A stretch of 64,000 nt of DNA from a virus (taxonomy: Duplodnaviria; Caudoviricetes), in IMG/VR virus record IMGVR_UViG_3300011008_000008; one strand, 5' to 3'. The position numbers and the translations under genes were made by a program. The notes beneath the pieces are model-generated. The model ran no database searches. It had not been told where the DNA came from and worked only from the letters and a program-made list of their open reading frames with translations. Positions 19,479-30,644 of the stretch are shown here, one piece after another; position 1 is the stretch's first letter, and each line of letters begins with the position of its first letter.

Positions 19479-20127
19479 ACCTGGTTTGAATATCTGTCAT
19501 CCAGTTTTCAGGAATGTCTTTTTGTTCTTTTGTCCACTTGATGAATCTCTGGATATAAGCACAGCAATGGAATTCAGGACAACCCATTCTATATATGCAA
19601 TTGGGTACTAATACATCAGATTCTATTGGATGTGTTTCATGGAGTTTAATCTTAAAATCTTCTGCAAGCTGCCTCGCTTCATCTGTCGCCGTATGGCACA
19701 AACGCTTTCTCCATGCATCAATGCAGTTTTGCATATTGGCATGTCCATCAAAATTCACGAGAGCTTCTTGAAGTTTCTTCCCTCGCGGGAGACTGCCATG
19801 TTCTTTTATGTAATCTTCTACTATGTCCCAATAGTCCGTCCAGTCTGTGGCTTGCACCGGCATTCCGTTTGTCCGATCATCTCTTTGCGTTGATATAAAC
19901 TTCTCAAACTTGTGCCTACTCCATTCAGTAGATAGCCAATAGTATATTCCCTTCCAAGACCAGTCAAACATAAGCAATCTGATCGGCGAATGTTCTGAAA
20001 TCAAAAGCTTTTTCTTGAATGTGTCTGTTGCTTCTTTTTCGGTAAAATCCTTATTGTCAGTAGTTCTACAATGGTTCTTGACCATTCTCCAATCATCGCA
20101 AATCCAATTAAATACTGTCTTTAGCAA
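19429..20127 (-). CDS. thyX: FAD-dependent thymidylate synthase-like
   Basis: EHSPIR, SRH...STQR, RLC and C.YR.GCPE motifs. Confidence 0.75.
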   Translation of the reverse strand: MLKTVFNWICDDWRMVKNHCRTTDNKDFTEKEATDTFKKKLLISEHSPIRLLMFDWSWKGIYYWLSTEWSRHKFEKFISTQRDDRTNGMPVQATDWTDYWDIVEDYIKEHGSLPRGKKLQEALVNFDGHANMQNCIDAWRKRLCHTATDEARQLAEDFKIKLHETHPIESDVLVPNCIYRMGCPEFHCCAYIQRFIKWTKEQKDIPENWMTDIQTRYDLYNQYFYSGIQNND

Positions 20128-20162
20128 ATAACATCACCTTTCATCATAATAACCATGATAAT

Positions 20163-20208
20163 ATTATATCACTTTTATCCTGTATTGTCAATACTTTTTT
20201 GCCTTATT
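20163..20208 (-). promoter_or_regulatory. Phage promoter with upstream box
   Basis: AATAAGGCA...TATTGACA-N17-TATAAT. Confidence 0.85.
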
Positions 20209-20220
20209 ATATAAATTATT

Positions 20221-20547
20221 CTATGAATTATTTGAAAGCATGTCCCATAGGTCTCTAATCGATTTTAATTTGATAATATTGCCATTTACATCAATTACCA
20301 TACCATCTTCATATTTTGCCCCGCAATTCAGTTCATATACCCAATATGAAATCCAGTCTCCCTGGTCATTTGCTGCCTTGGCCAGTAGCTCAATGACATC
20401 ATCTATCATTGTTGGAAACATGATTTCGAGATCTAAATTATCGCTGTATGCATTTCTGCATACAGCATGTATAGATTCATCTAAGCGAATTTGTTTTTCT
20501 ATACGCTTTAGATATTTTTCAAAATCAGAGTATTCTATATTCATCAT
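20221..20547 (-). CDS. Hypothetical protein
   Basis: 108-aa ORF coupled to the dnaE stop. Confidence 0.6.
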   Translation of the reverse strand: MMNIEYSDFEKYLKRIEKQIRLDESIHAVCRNAYSDNLDLEIMFPTMIDDVIELLAKAANDQGDWISYWVYELNCGAKYEDGMVIDVNGNIIKLKSIRDLWDMLSNNS

Positions 20548-23500
20548 AGGTTATCCACCTTCTTATAGTCAGTGATCCAACGTTCAAATTGACCTGGCAC
20601 TTCCTCATAGTCTCCATTGTCGGTTTTACGTACTTTGTTTCGCATGGGAGATTTGATAACTCGAATGATGTCCCCCGCCTTCAGCTTATTCTTATTAAAT
20701 GTTCTTCGATCTATTTTACAGTCCAGCGTAGTTCCATTTTTGAGCGAATACAGCTTTATTCTTGGAGCATATTTTGTGTTGATGTCTATAACAGCAGCCA
20801 TGCCTCCATATTCAGCTCCGGTTATATCAACATAGCCAAGGTGTTTAGTTTGCAAAGCCACCTTCTCTTTTAAACTGCGCTTGGATGCTATTATGGTTTT
20901 GACATATGCTTTTAGGAATGACTTTATATCAACACCGCCAAACATCTTGTCTGTCTCCTTTTCTGAATACGGTCTAACTTCTTTGATGTCAATACCGGCT
21001 TCTTCAAGCTTTAGCTTCTTGATTTGCCTTTTGCCATAATAAGCATCAAAGAGTTTCACGCATTCTATAAGATAGTTTGCATCGCCAAATTCAGAAAAGA
21101 AATCCAAGTCAATCAGAATTCCGAGCTGCCTCGAATTGGTTGACGTTTTTTCTTTTAGATCATATAGCAAATCAATAAAACTTTCATATTTGTTATCCCT
21201 CAATGCATATATTTCATTTGCCACATTTGCATTCATATACTTAATTGATGAAATACCTTTAAATATTTCGTTGGATTCTTTGTCACAGCTATATTGAGCT
21301 ATTGAATGCCTAAACTTTATCGGAGAAATATGTAAACCGTTCCTCTTTGCAAAGTCAATAATTGCAATGCTCTTTTCTTCTTTGCCCTCAAAGATATTTA
21401 AGGCAGTAGTAACGAATTCAAGTGGGTAGTGATATCTCAAATATCCGCAGATATAACCAATCCAGGAGTAAGGGTCGGCGTGGTTCTTGGAGAACAGATA
21501 ATCGCTGGCATCTTCAATTACCTGCAAGAAGCTAACGATGATTCTTTCTGCATCTTCTTTTTCTACACCATAATCATCTTTCATGGTTTGAATAAAACCC
21601 TTGATATAATGGTCGCTCGAACCAGAAAGCTTGCCGCCATCTTTGATGATTGGAATATCCTTTTCTGTTCCAGTTTTCTTGCTGAAGTGGCGACGTACTA
21701 TATCTGCCTCCCCCATCGTAAATCCACAGAACTTATGAAGGAATTCGATGATCTGCTCTTGATAGACTAAGTATCCAAGCGTTGGGGACAGGAAATTATT
21801 AAGAGCTTCATTTCCGTTGTCTCTGTATATTCCCTGCGCAAGCAAATCTCTGTATGATTCACCTGCTGGTCGTATTGCTCCATTGCCTATAGAAAGCAAA
21901 TCCATATATGAGAAGTCTGGATTCTTTTCTTTGATTTTAGAAATCGTTGAATCACTTAGGAGCTGCTTTAAATATGCCGTGGCCGATTGAGATTCCCATT
22001 GGAATATCATTGTTGTATCTTCCTTGATACTATTCCATACGTCTATATCATCTGACGGCGTATTGTCTGGTGTCAGAAATGGGATACCGGCAAGATCGCA
22101 AGTTTTATAAATTAGTCCGATGTTGTCCAGCCCAAGTATGTCCAACTTTACAAAATTTAGCGAATCAATCTCCTTCATGTTTAATTGGGATATTGGGTAT
22201 TCATCTGTAGAAGTTGTAAATGTGCCGAACCATTCATCGACAGGGAACGGTGAAACAACGCAACCCGCAGGATGATTGCCAACAGAAACAACACATCCAT
22301 TCACTAAATCCACATATTTAAAAATCTTGGGATACTTCTTTCTTGCTGCCTCCTCGTCTATTTCTATCATGTCATTAAGTTGAGAAGAAAAATCATTGTA
22401 ATCATACGGAACTTCTTTGTGTTTGGCATGTTTTTCAATTTCCTTAATTAAGGCTGGTGGCAAATCGACATCTTGATTATAGTTATCCTTGACGCTCTTT
22501 CTAAACTCGTCTATCTTCTTTTTAATATTGTCTGGCAAACATTCCATGTTCTCCCTGGAAAAAGCTCTGACAATATCATTCACAGCCCCTTTCATTGCAA
22601 TTGTATTGAATGTAACAATATCACAGCAATACAGACCATGCTTTGTGTATAGATAGTCCTTTACTACTTTACGATCTTCTGAAAGCCAATCTGTGTCTAC
22701 GTCCGCCAAAGATACTCTCTCTTTATTCATAAAGCGCTCATAGTTTAGTTTGAGCTTTACGCTATCAATCTCTGTGATGCCAAGCAAATAAGCTATGATA
22801 CTACCAGAAACAGACCCACGAGAATAACCAAATTTAATGTTCTTATTTCGCATTGCGGTTTTATAGTCTTCTTCTAATAGCATGAAGTCTATAGCGCCAT
22901 TATGTTTATAAGTGTCGTATTCATAGTGTATTCGGTCTAAATACTCTTTATAATTAGGAAGTTTATTTATCCCCCTTCGTTTTACACCTTCATTGATTTT
23001 CTTCTTGAATACACTCTCAGAATCTTCATACAGCTTTGGGTATTTAGGAGAATAATCAAGCTTAAATTCTTCAACTCGATCAGCCATAAGATTTGTCTGT
23101 TCAATCGCATCCAAGACGATGTTCATCGGCAAAGAATTTTGAATCTCATAAGCCTTTATCAACTGCTCATAGGATTTAAAGGTCAGATCCCATTCTTCTT
23201 CGTTGGCAAACCTGACACCCTTTGCCTTTTGCAGCATTGCCCTACCATCCATATGTTCATCGTTCAAGGCATGTGTATCAGTTCCGGCGATCAATGGAAT
23301 ACCCGTGCTTTTAGACAAATCATATAGCAGTTGATTGTATGCGATCTGATCTTGGCAGTTGTGATGCTGTATCTCCAAATAGCACCTATCTTTGTTTTGA
23401 TTTAAGAATACGAGCATCTTTTCTTTTGCAGATGGTGTTCCATTATTCAGCACTCCACCAAGACATGCCGTTGTGACAATAATATTGTCAGATGTCGCAA

Positions 23501-24068
23501 ATAACTCATCGAATGTGATTCTGGGCATGTAGTAAAAATGTCCATCTTCTCTATTGAAGGAATTTGACACAATGCGATTAAGTTCTTTTACTCCGTCGTA
23601 GTTTTTTGCGATCAATACACAGTGGTAATTATCTCGTTCCTTCTTAGGCGCAGTTTCAGTTTTAATACTGTCCGTATTTTCGATAAATCCATATGTTATA
23701 TTATTGCCAGAGCCAATCTTTGCTATCCATGCTTCATCTTCTCGCTGATAATAGCTATTAATAGGGATGTGCTTATGTTCTTTGCCGTCAAGCATTACTA
23801 CATCAGCGGTTTGAGATATTACAACCGGAGAAATATCCTCAGTCAAATATGCTTCAATCGCATGAATATATTTCATTCCTGCGGCTTCAACAGCTTCCTT
23901 TTTCTTGACCCATTGGAAAATTGAACCATGTTCACTAAATGCCATTGCTTTCATTCCAAATTTTTTAGCAGCATCAATATAATCATGATAATCTGTAATG
24001 CTGTCTATATTGGTAATCCCATTACTCAATCTGGAATGAAGATGGTACACCGTATAGTTATTACTCAT
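20544..24068 (-). CDS. dnaE: DNA polymerase III alpha subunit (family C)
   Basis: PHP domain (HLHS, EHG, DTH), RGS, DVDTD, KLDILGL and YQEQ motifs. Confidence 0.96.
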   Translation of the reverse strand: MSNNYTVYHLHSRLSNGITNIDSITDYHDYIDAAKKFGMKAMAFSEHGSIFQWVKKKEAVEAAGMKYIHAIEAYLTEDISPVVISQTADVVMLDGKEHKHIPINSYYQREDEAWIAKIGSGNNITYGFIENTDSIKTETAPKKERDNYHCVLIAKNYDGVKELNRIVSNSFNREDGHFYYMPRITFDELFATSDNIIVTTACLGGVLNNGTPSAKEKMLVFLNQNKDRCYLEIQHHNCQDQIAYNQLLYDLSKSTGIPLIAGTDTHALNDEHMDGRAMLQKAKGVRFANEEEWDLTFKSYEQLIKAYEIQNSLPMNIVLDAIEQTNLMADRVEEFKLDYSPKYPKLYEDSESVFKKKINEGVKRRGINKLPNYKEYLDRIHYEYDTYKHNGAIDFMLLEEDYKTAMRNKNIKFGYSRGSVSGSIIAYLLGITEIDSVKLKLNYERFMNKERVSLADVDTDWLSEDRKVVKDYLYTKHGLYCCDIVTFNTIAMKGAVNDIVRAFSRENMECLPDNIKKKIDEFRKSVKDNYNQDVDLPPALIKEIEKHAKHKEVPYDYNDFSSQLNDMIEIDEEAARKKYPKIFKYVDLVNGCVVSVGNHPAGCVVSPFPVDEWFGTFTTSTDEYPISQLNMKEIDSLNFVKLDILGLDNIGLIYKTCDLAGIPFLTPDNTPSDDIDVWNSIKEDTTMIFQWESQSATAYLKQLLSDSTISKIKEKNPDFSYMDLLSIGNGAIRPAGESYRDLLAQGIYRDNGNEALNNFLSPTLGYLVYQEQIIEFLHKFCGFTMGEADIVRRHFSKKTGTEKDIPIIKDGGKLSGSSDHYIKGFIQTMKDDYGVEKEDAERIIVSFLQVIEDASDYLFSKNHADPYSWIGYICGYLRYHYPLEFVTTALNIFEGKEEKSIAIIDFAKRNGLHISPIKFRHSIAQYSCDKESNEIFKGISSIKYMNANVANEIYALRDNKYESFIDLLYDLKEKTSTNSRQLGILIDLDFFSEFGDANYLIECVKLFDAYYGKRQIKKLKLEEAGIDIKEVRPYSEKETDKMFGGVDIKSFLKAYVKTIIASKRSLKEKVALQTKHLGYVDITGAEYGGMAAVIDINTKYAPRIKLYSLKNGTTLDCKIDRRTFNKNKLKAGDIIRVIKSPMRNKVRKTDNGDYEEVPGQFERWITDYKKVDNL

Positions 24069-24867
24069 TCGATTCTCCTATATACTTCTTGTACTCGCAA
24101 GAATTTCTAAACTCGCATAGATTATTACAGTAAAAGAAATCTATCGTTGGTTCAAAATCGTTCTCCTTCTCAATGTCGTGTATGGCATCTATAAACCATC
24201 GTATTGCTTCATTATATTCTTTCTCGTTAAAACAAATCTTAACAGCATCATTTTCCTTAAAGTAATTCCACATAATGTACTTCGGGAATACGCCATATTC
24301 TTTCTTTATTGCATTGCAGTAAAGATACATCTGCTTCTTATATTTTTCAAACGATTCTTCCTGTGCTTTTAAAACTTTATGCGTTCGTTTTGAAAGAGGA
24401 TATTTCGCAGATTTATGATCAATGACAATATAATCACCAGTATCTTTGTCTTGCAACAAGAGGTCGATATAGCCGGTAAATTTATAACCTTCTATCTCTA
24501 TATCAATTTTCTTTTCAACACCACAAACAGCAAATTCATTTAGCCAATCAACTTCCAAATCAGCAAAGTATTCGGCACACTGCTCGAACGATTTATCCAT
24601 TTGCTTCTTTTGTATTTCGTAGAAAACGTTCTCATCAAAATGATCTACAAAGTATTGGGATGCGTCGTTAACGTCAAGTTGCTTGTTAAAAATCTTTTCA
24701 AGTATTTCATGCACATAAGATCCTACCTCTGCATAGAAATTCCCTTCTGGTAAATAAGCTTCATCGTCACACACAATATATTTCAGATAGAACTGATATT
24801 TACATTGGATGTAACTTGTTATCCTTGAAAACGACCAGGTCATCCCATTGATTTTATCAGAGTACAA
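24061..24867 (-). CDS. PD-(D/E)XK exonuclease (AddB/Cas4-like)
   Basis: SFSR...C, G.ID...DHKS, Q..LY and C-terminal Cys cluster. Confidence 0.85.
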   Translation of the reverse strand: MYSDKINGMTWSFSRITSYIQCKYQFYLKYIVCDDEAYLPEGNFYAEVGSYVHEILEKIFNKQLDVNDASQYFVDHFDENVFYEIQKKQMDKSFEQCAEYFADLEVDWLNEFAVCGVEKKIDIEIEGYKFTGYIDLLLQDKDTGDYIVIDHKSAKYPLSKRTHKVLKAQEESFEKYKKQMYLYCNAIKKEYGVFPKYIMWNYFKENDAVKICFNEKEYNEAIRWFIDAIHDIEKENDFEPTIDFFYCNNLCEFRNSCEYKKYIGESNE

Positions 24868-24872
24868 TTAGT

Positions 24873-25859
24873 TTACACCACCTTCTTCTTGGTACTATAT
24901 AACTCCTTCCATATCTCACTTCCACAATCTGCTGGCGAGTTTTTAGATTCAGCGCCACCGAGCAATTTTTTAGAGTCATTAATTACAAACACATTGGTTA
25001 TTACTTTCAACCGTTCAATATTTTGTCTGACATCCTTTTGATAGTAATTAATATCAGAATCATATGCGAACACTATATTTACTCTTAATTTTGCAAGGAT
25101 TAGAATCTGTTCAGGCGTCAATGTATGCTTCTCCGCTGAAACACAGTTCTTAAAACCCCAACCATACGCTTTCATTACAGATTTTACCGATTCAAAAATA
25201 ATTACCTCATTCTGTTTTTTGATATATGGCATCGTCATATTCAATGACTGCAAATAATCCATAACCCCTATTTGATAATAGTTTATATATTTGGGTATTC
25301 TAAGTTTTTTATAATCTGGAAATCGCGTTCTTGCCTTGATATTAATTAAATTGCCATCTATGTCATATACTGGATAAACGATCCTGTTCTGTCTATGATC
25401 TACCCTAACATCGAACAAATCCATTACATCTTGTCTTATTCCCTCGTCAAGCCATTCTTGGACGATTTCTTTTTTGAATTTATCATATTCACTATATGGA
25501 ATAATGTCATGCTTAAACGGCTCCCTTGGTCTTTGCGACCATGATTTCAGCTTTTTCAAAAACATTATCGTCTCTGATTTGCACATCTTCGATAGATCAA
25601 CGTCTGCAAGTGCTGCCGCCTTTTCAACGGCTTCATCAAACCGCAGACCTTCATACTCCATCAGATACTTTATTATTCCCCCGCCTCGACCACATGAGAA
25701 ACAATAAAAACTGTTCTTATCCGGAGTAACAGAAAAAGAGGGAGTCTTATCTACGTGTAGCGGACAATGCCCAAAGTAATCATTCCCTCTTTTCTCTAAC
25801 TCCATTTGTTGGTTTATATATTCATAAAGGTTCACATTATCAGATATTTCTTTGAGCAT
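24873..25859 (-). CDS. dnaG: DNA primase (CHC2 zinc finger + TOPRIM)
   Basis: CPLH.DKTPSF...CFSC, IFES and AYDSD motifs. Confidence 0.88.
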   Translation of the reverse strand: MLKEISDNVNLYEYINQQMELEKRGNDYFGHCPLHVDKTPSFSVTPDKNSFYCFSCGRGGGIIKYLMEYEGLRFDEAVEKAAALADVDLSKMCKSETIMFLKKLKSWSQRPREPFKHDIIPYSEYDKFKKEIVQEWLDEGIRQDVMDLFDVRVDHRQNRIVYPVYDIDGNLINIKARTRFPDYKKLRIPKYINYYQIGVMDYLQSLNMTMPYIKKQNEVIIFESVKSVMKAYGWGFKNCVSAEKHTLTPEQILILAKLRVNIVFAYDSDINYYQKDVRQNIERLKVITNVFVINDSKKLLGGAESKNSPADCGSEIWKELYSTKKKVV

Positions 25860-25903
25860 ATCATCATCATATTGTTTAATTACTGAAATATGCTCTCACC
25901 CCT

Positions 25904-27250
25904 TTAGAACGTATCGCTCTTTTTGTGTTGTACAGCTTCCTTTATTGTCATATTCGATCCAGAGAAAACAAAATCAATATATTCATCTTCATCGTCAAGT
26001 TGCTGCGATTCCCCGATTCTGTTTAGATATATCTTCGCATACATATTGCCACATTCCAATCCATCTTTTGCAATCATTTCTTGAGTTTTAAAGCCCCATT
26101 TAACGGCGACAGACAAATAGTTATTGATCTTCATGCTGTCCGCCACTTCGCCACTTCTGTTGAGCTGGGCAGCAGTAACCACTGATAATTCAAGTTCACC
26201 AGCGATTTTGTTTTTCAAGAAATCGCACATTGCGCCCAATACATTATAGTTATCACCTGTGGATTTCTCATTGCTTTTAATATAATCATATACAACAAAA
26301 GCAAGTCCAATCTGACGCTTCAGCATCTTGCAGGTTGAGTAAAGCTTTTGCATGGTCATATCCGGATCATAGATATATACAAATGGCTGCTTCTTAATCC
26401 AAGCCAACCACTTTCGGATTTGCTGTCCTTCTTCCTCACTATATGTGCCTCGCTTTATTCTGTTTACATCTATACCAGTTAAATGGGATAACAGCCTACT
26501 GACATATGTTGATTTCCGCATTTCCGTATCTACAACAAGCGTTGGAATTTGGTTCTTTAATTTATGAACCGTTTCATTTAATAAGAACGCTGATTTGCCC
26601 TCTTTCCTATTTGCTTGCAAAACAATCAATTCGCCAGTTTCATATGTAAAGTAGTTTGACAGAATTTCAAATTTTGATGGTATGCCATAAGTACCATCTT
26701 CATTTCTCCTGCTTACTATTTCATCCCAGATGTCATCAATTTCTTCTCCAAGCGTATGGACTTCATTCTGAAATATATATTTCTCTGTCAGCTTATCAAG
26801 TTCCTTATAAACCGCATCATTTAATTGTTCGAGGTCTACTTCTGGATTGTAACAGTCAACCTGCATCGTATTAAGGGATTTAACCATATCTCTTTTGAAT
26901 GCAAGAGTTACAATATTATTGACAAGCATTTTATATTCTTCAAGAGTGTTTCTAACTGCTTCTTTGTATAAATCAATTAGCTCTTGTACTGAAGGCATAT
27001 TATACTTTTCCAACGTCTTCTGTACACCGGCATGACTTTGAAGCTTATTGGAAATATTAAAAGCATCAATATTTGTAACACCCTCATTTGACAATTCTCG
27101 TATCGCCCAATATATACAGCCATTTTCTACTCCATAGAAATAGTTTGGCTGTAGGTATTCAGTATGCAATATATATTCAGGATGATATATCAAAGTACCA
27201 ATGACACCACTCTCGGACTGGATGTCCGACAGTTCAGATATATCCTTCAT
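25904..27250 (-). CDS. dnaB: Replicative DNA helicase
   Basis: Walker A ANRKEGKS, DTEM, YDYIK and AQLNR motifs. Confidence 0.9.
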   Translation of the reverse strand: MKDISELSDIQSESGVIGTLIYHPEYILHTEYLQPNYFYGVENGCIYWAIRELSNEGVTNIDAFNISNKLQSHAGVQKTLEKYNMPSVQELIDLYKEAVRNTLEEYKMLVNNIVTLAFKRDMVKSLNTMQVDCYNPEVDLEQLNDAVYKELDKLTEKYIFQNEVHTLGEEIDDIWDEIVSRRNEDGTYGIPSKFEILSNYFTYETGELIVLQANRKEGKSAFLLNETVHKLKNQIPTLVVDTEMRKSTYVSRLLSHLTGIDVNRIKRGTYSEEEGQQIRKWLAWIKKQPFVYIYDPDMTMQKLYSTCKMLKRQIGLAFVVYDYIKSNEKSTGDNYNVLGAMCDFLKNKIAGELELSVVTAAQLNRSGEVADSMKINNYLSVAVKWGFKTQEMIAKDGLECGNMYAKIYLNRIGESQQLDDEDEYIDFVFSGSNMTIKEAVQHKKSDTF

Positions 27251-27765
27251 ATCTTACTCCTCAAGATACTGCCAAATCCGGTAGACTTTTTCGGTACAGA
27301 AAACTTTTTTCCCTGATCTTCTTCCTGCGATTCGACAACCGTGAAAGCGTCACGCGGAATATCTGGCATCATTTTCTTTTTATACTCTGCTTTAATATTT
27401 GCATCGTCGATGTAGTATTTAAAGCCGAACGGATGGTTAAGTTTACAATGATGAGAAATCACATATTGCAAAACAAACACCAGATAATCCGAGCTTACAC
27501 CACGATCAAGATACTCTCTCACTACCTTAAACAATAGTGAGATTACAACGGTTTGGTTGATATTTTCAATCCACAGATTCTTTATAAGCTGCATATCTGC
27601 ACTGATGTTTTTCTCTCTTTCTTCTATGGCAATCTTTGTCTTATAGCAATCCTCATGATAAAAGGCTCTGCCCACATTTATAAACTTTTCTTTGCTTATA
27701 TCAATTTCCTTACTTGCATGCTTACAATTACTATATCTGCATGTTTTAATATCAACCTTAGCCAT
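27247..27765 (-). CDS. Hypothetical replication-region protein
   Basis: N-terminal C..C...H..C motif; coupled to dnaB. Confidence 0.55.
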   Translation of the reverse strand: MAKVDIKTCRYSNCKHASKEIDISKEKFINVGRAFYHEDCYKTKIAIEEREKNISADMQLIKNLWIENINQTVVISLLFKVVREYLDRGVSSDYLVFVLQYVISHHCKLNHPFGFKYYIDDANIKAEYKKKMMPDIPRDAFTVVESQEEDQGKKFSVPKKSTGFGSILRSKI

Positions 27766-27767
27766 CG

Positions 27768-28391
27768 CTATTCCTCCTCTTCAAGCAAATAAGTCGCTTC
27801 CAAATCTGCCTCATGCATGGCAAGAATAATAGGATACTTCTTAATAGCCGCACTTAGAGTATTCCAATATTCCTTCGGTTCCGTAAAGCCCATATGCCAA
27901 CGAATAGCATAACGTTCAACCGGATTAAGCTTAATAAACTGTTCAATCATCATGACTGACTTCTCGCCGTGGCCATACGGAAACTTATCATCTATTGTGT
28001 AGCCAGGAACAGATTCCCAATCAAACCTACCATTACTGTCGCACTTCTTTCCGTGCTCGCTGTAAACCTTTTTATTCTTCATTTCAACAACGTAGAAATT
28101 AGTCTTGCATAGATCATGCAATAATGCGATTAGAATAATGCTTGCCTGATTGACACTCTCATCGACTTTCTTCTCTTTCCAAACTGCCTGTTCCAATATA
28201 TTTTGTAGGCAGTTGAGGACGTTCATACTGTGCTCCAGTAGACCGCCCTCATGACATGAATGAAAACGAGTACTTGCAGGGGCAGAGTAAAAATCTGATT
28301 TGCGTAAATACGCAATCAGATTGTCAATACCCTCCCTGCCAGTAGACTGCAATAGAGATTCAAACTTTTCAATCATTGTTTTATCTGCCAT
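27768..28391 (-). CDS. HD-domain phosphohydrolase
   Basis: APAS..FH...GGL.EHS, LLHDLCK, GHGEKS and WHMG motifs. Confidence 0.88.
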   Translation of the reverse strand: MADKTMIEKFESLLQSTGREGIDNLIAYLRKSDFYSAPASTRFHSCHEGGLLEHSMNVLNCLQNILEQAVWKEKKVDESVNQASIILIALLHDLCKTNFYVVEMKNKKVYSEHGKKCDSNGRFDWESVPGYTIDDKFPYGHGEKSVMMIEQFIKLNPVERYAIRWHMGFTEPKEYWNTLSAAIKKYPIILAMHEADLEATYLLEEEE

Positions 28392-28403
28392 TTTTTATTC
28401 TCC

Positions 28404-28919
28404 TTAAAACGGAAGTTCCTCATCGTCCATATCGACCTCGGTATCATCAACTGGCGGCGCGGGCTTCTTCGCGCTTTTGGCTGGCTTTTGATCTGCATCT
28501 CCACCATTTGAACCGCCATTTGAATCTGCCAGTTCAAAGTCCCAAATGGTAATATACTTTTCGTTGGCTCTCGAACGAATAAAGTTGATTAATTCTTCAT
28601 TGCCGTTAGCGGCATCTATCAGCTTCTTATACGTTTCTTTATTATAGTAACTTGAAATGTCCGGCGATCTTGTGATTTTAATACTCCTGCTAATCGGATT
28701 ATCCCTATCTGACTTTTCTGGCAATCCCAGAACAGCAACCTTTTTAGCGGCATCTCCACTAAAATTCACAAACCCGCTAAACTCCTGCTTATACTCGCCA
28801 GTTTCCTTATCCTTCCTGCTCACACTGATATTGCAAGAGTAAATCTTTTTGTTCGGTTTCGCGCTCCAAATCTTTGCATAACATCCGTCTCTAAGTGCCA
28901 TAAATCTATCTTCCTCCAA
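28404..28919 (-). CDS. ssb: Single-stranded DNA-binding protein
   Basis: Acidic tail ending ELPF; adjacent to Sak. Confidence 0.7.
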   Translation of the reverse strand: MEEDRFMALRDGCYAKIWSAKPNKKIYSCNISVSRKDKETGEYKQEFSGFVNFSGDAAKKVAVLGLPEKSDRDNPISRSIKITRSPDISSYYNKETYKKLIDAANGNEELINFIRSRANEKYITIWDFELADSNGGSNGGDADQKPAKSAKKPAPPVDDTEVDMDDEELPF

Positions 28920-29555
28920 TTACTTTCTAACAGCCATGAGCTGTCTCTTTAGCTTTTCAAGCATGTCTATATCGTCAATGTTCTTTGGGTTGCCGGTGAT
29001 CTCGGAATCATCGAAATGAGGATTCGCTTCTCGTTCCGCTGCCTTGCAGAGTTCGCTTACCTTCTCTTTAGCGTTATCTGAAAGCGCGACCTTCTTCTTA
29101 ATAAGGCTCATGATTTCATTCTGCGTATCAACTACCCTGCTAATCTCTTCGGGTAATTCTTCACCCATAAAAATATGTATGGACAGTCCTTGCTCAGCAA
29201 GAGCCTTTACCAAACAACGCTTCAAGCTCTTGTTCGCGTCAACGCTGGTAATCTGGTCTGCGGGGATACTCTTGTTCCTAAAATCCATGATTGCAAGATT
29301 CTCAATCACTTCATGATCCTGAATGGTTACGCCGACTTCAACCCATCCAGTGCGGCCATCATCATGCCAGAATCTTGTATTCCCATATTCGTCCATAATC
29401 TGCTTGTAAATCGTGAACGTGGCATCCGGATAAATCTTCTTAACTTCCGACCAGGCTGCTGCCCACGGAAGGTAATTAAGTCCATTCTTTGCCTTAATCT
29501 TATCTGTGACATCCAGTGCGCTTAAAACGCTAAACACACTCTTTTCTTGGTTCAT
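28920..29555 (-). CDS. Sak/Rad52-like single-strand annealing protein (DUF1071)
   Basis: K.GLNYL.WA.AW and N..LKRCLVKALA..GL motifs. Confidence 0.85.
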   Translation of the reverse strand: MNQEKSVFSVLSALDVTDKIKAKNGLNYLPWAAAWSEVKKIYPDATFTIYKQIMDEYGNTRFWHDDGRTGWVEVGVTIQDHEVIENLAIMDFRNKSIPADQITSVDANKSLKRCLVKALAEQGLSIHIFMGEELPEEISRVVDTQNEIMSLIKKKVALSDNAKEKVSELCKAAEREANPHFDDSEITGNPKNIDDIDMLEKLKRQLMAVRK

Positions 29556-29582
29556 TCATTATCCTCCATAAATCTAATATAT

Positions 29583-30557
29583 CTAATGTGCAGAAACATC
29601 CGCATCATGTAGAGCCATAATACTATTAAATAGTTCTTCGCCAATCAACAACTTATCTTTGTTCATAGCCTTTTCCGACTGTTTCCAAGAGCAATAAGGA
29701 TGCATATGATAATAAATCATATTCAGTATATCCACTTGATCTTCGATGCTATAACTTCCATCAAGCAAATAGAAAGCAGCCATATAAGCACCAACACAAT
29801 GATGCTGATAGTAATGGCAATTGCCATCATCTATCCCTCTGCTATTGATACGAACCTTTGTTTCAAGCTTTCCTATGTCATGCAAAAAAGCAGCAGTATA
29901 AAGGTTTCGATTTGCAGGAAAAACACTGTGACATCTTTCACTTGCCATCCTGCAATGAGCACCAAGGGTTTGAGTATGATGCTCGTTTTCTTGATCAAAC
30001 TCGTCCATTGCTTTTACCAATTCATTGAATGAACGCATTGCGATTCTATTCGACGAATTACATAAAAAGGCAAAATGGATCTCATCAAAGCCTTCGTGGA
30101 AATGCGGAGGTTGCCAGTTCTTGTACATCTTCCGAATTACTTTTTCGGGAACTTTGCGCTCTCTGGCCTGATTGTTTTCAATGCAGACTTTATATGGGGT
30201 CATCACTGCAATACAAACCTTTTTGCATGCAATGTTTTTAAGCTCATTCAGGAAACTAACACGCAGCTTCTTGTTTATATTAGTTGCATCGTAAATCACA
30301 TGTTTACCGTTTCTCAAATCATCTTTGATCCTACGATGCAGTTCAACAAACAATTCGTTGTTATGTTCCTGGTTAGTCGCATCGCCGTACAGCTCTTTGC
30401 GCAGATCATCCGACGAATGGACTTTTGGAATATCACTTTCATTGGCCTCTTCGTGAACGACAATATTATCGTTTTCAATATAAATATGCTTTGCCAGAGT
30501 TGATTTCCCGCTGCCACTAATTCCCATCATCATAATCATGTACGGCGTATTGCTCAT
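29583..30557 (-). CDS. Polynucleotide kinase (AAA_33) + HD domain
   Basis: GISGSGKST, SSDDLR, DATN and LHDIGK motifs. Confidence 0.88.
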   Translation of the reverse strand: MSNTPYMIMMMGISGSGKSTLAKHIYIENDNIVVHEEANESDIPKVHSSDDLRKELYGDATNQEHNNELFVELHRRIKDDLRNGKHVIYDATNINKKLRVSFLNELKNIACKKVCIAVMTPYKVCIENNQARERKVPEKVIRKMYKNWQPPHFHEGFDEIHFAFLCNSSNRIAMRSFNELVKAMDEFDQENEHHTQTLGAHCRMASERCHSVFPANRNLYTAAFLHDIGKLETKVRINSRGIDDGNCHYYQHHCVGAYMAAFYLLDGSYSIEDQVDILNMIYYHMHPYCSWKQSEKAMNKDKLLIGEELFNSIMALHDADVSAH

Positions 30558-30644
30558 TCGTCTGTTTCCTCATTTCATAAAGTCGATTGCTTATTCTTAT
30601 GTTTCACTCAATAAAAAAGTAGTTTTATTGATTTTAAAGTCCTC

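Noticed and set aside
15896-24068. Inteins or introns in nrdJ and dnaE
   Set aside because: Both ORFs are continuous, of normal length, and show no intein terminal motifs.
24061-24867. Cas4 of a CRISPR system
   Set aside because: It is a solo PD-(D/E)XK nuclease in a replication operon with no other cas genes.
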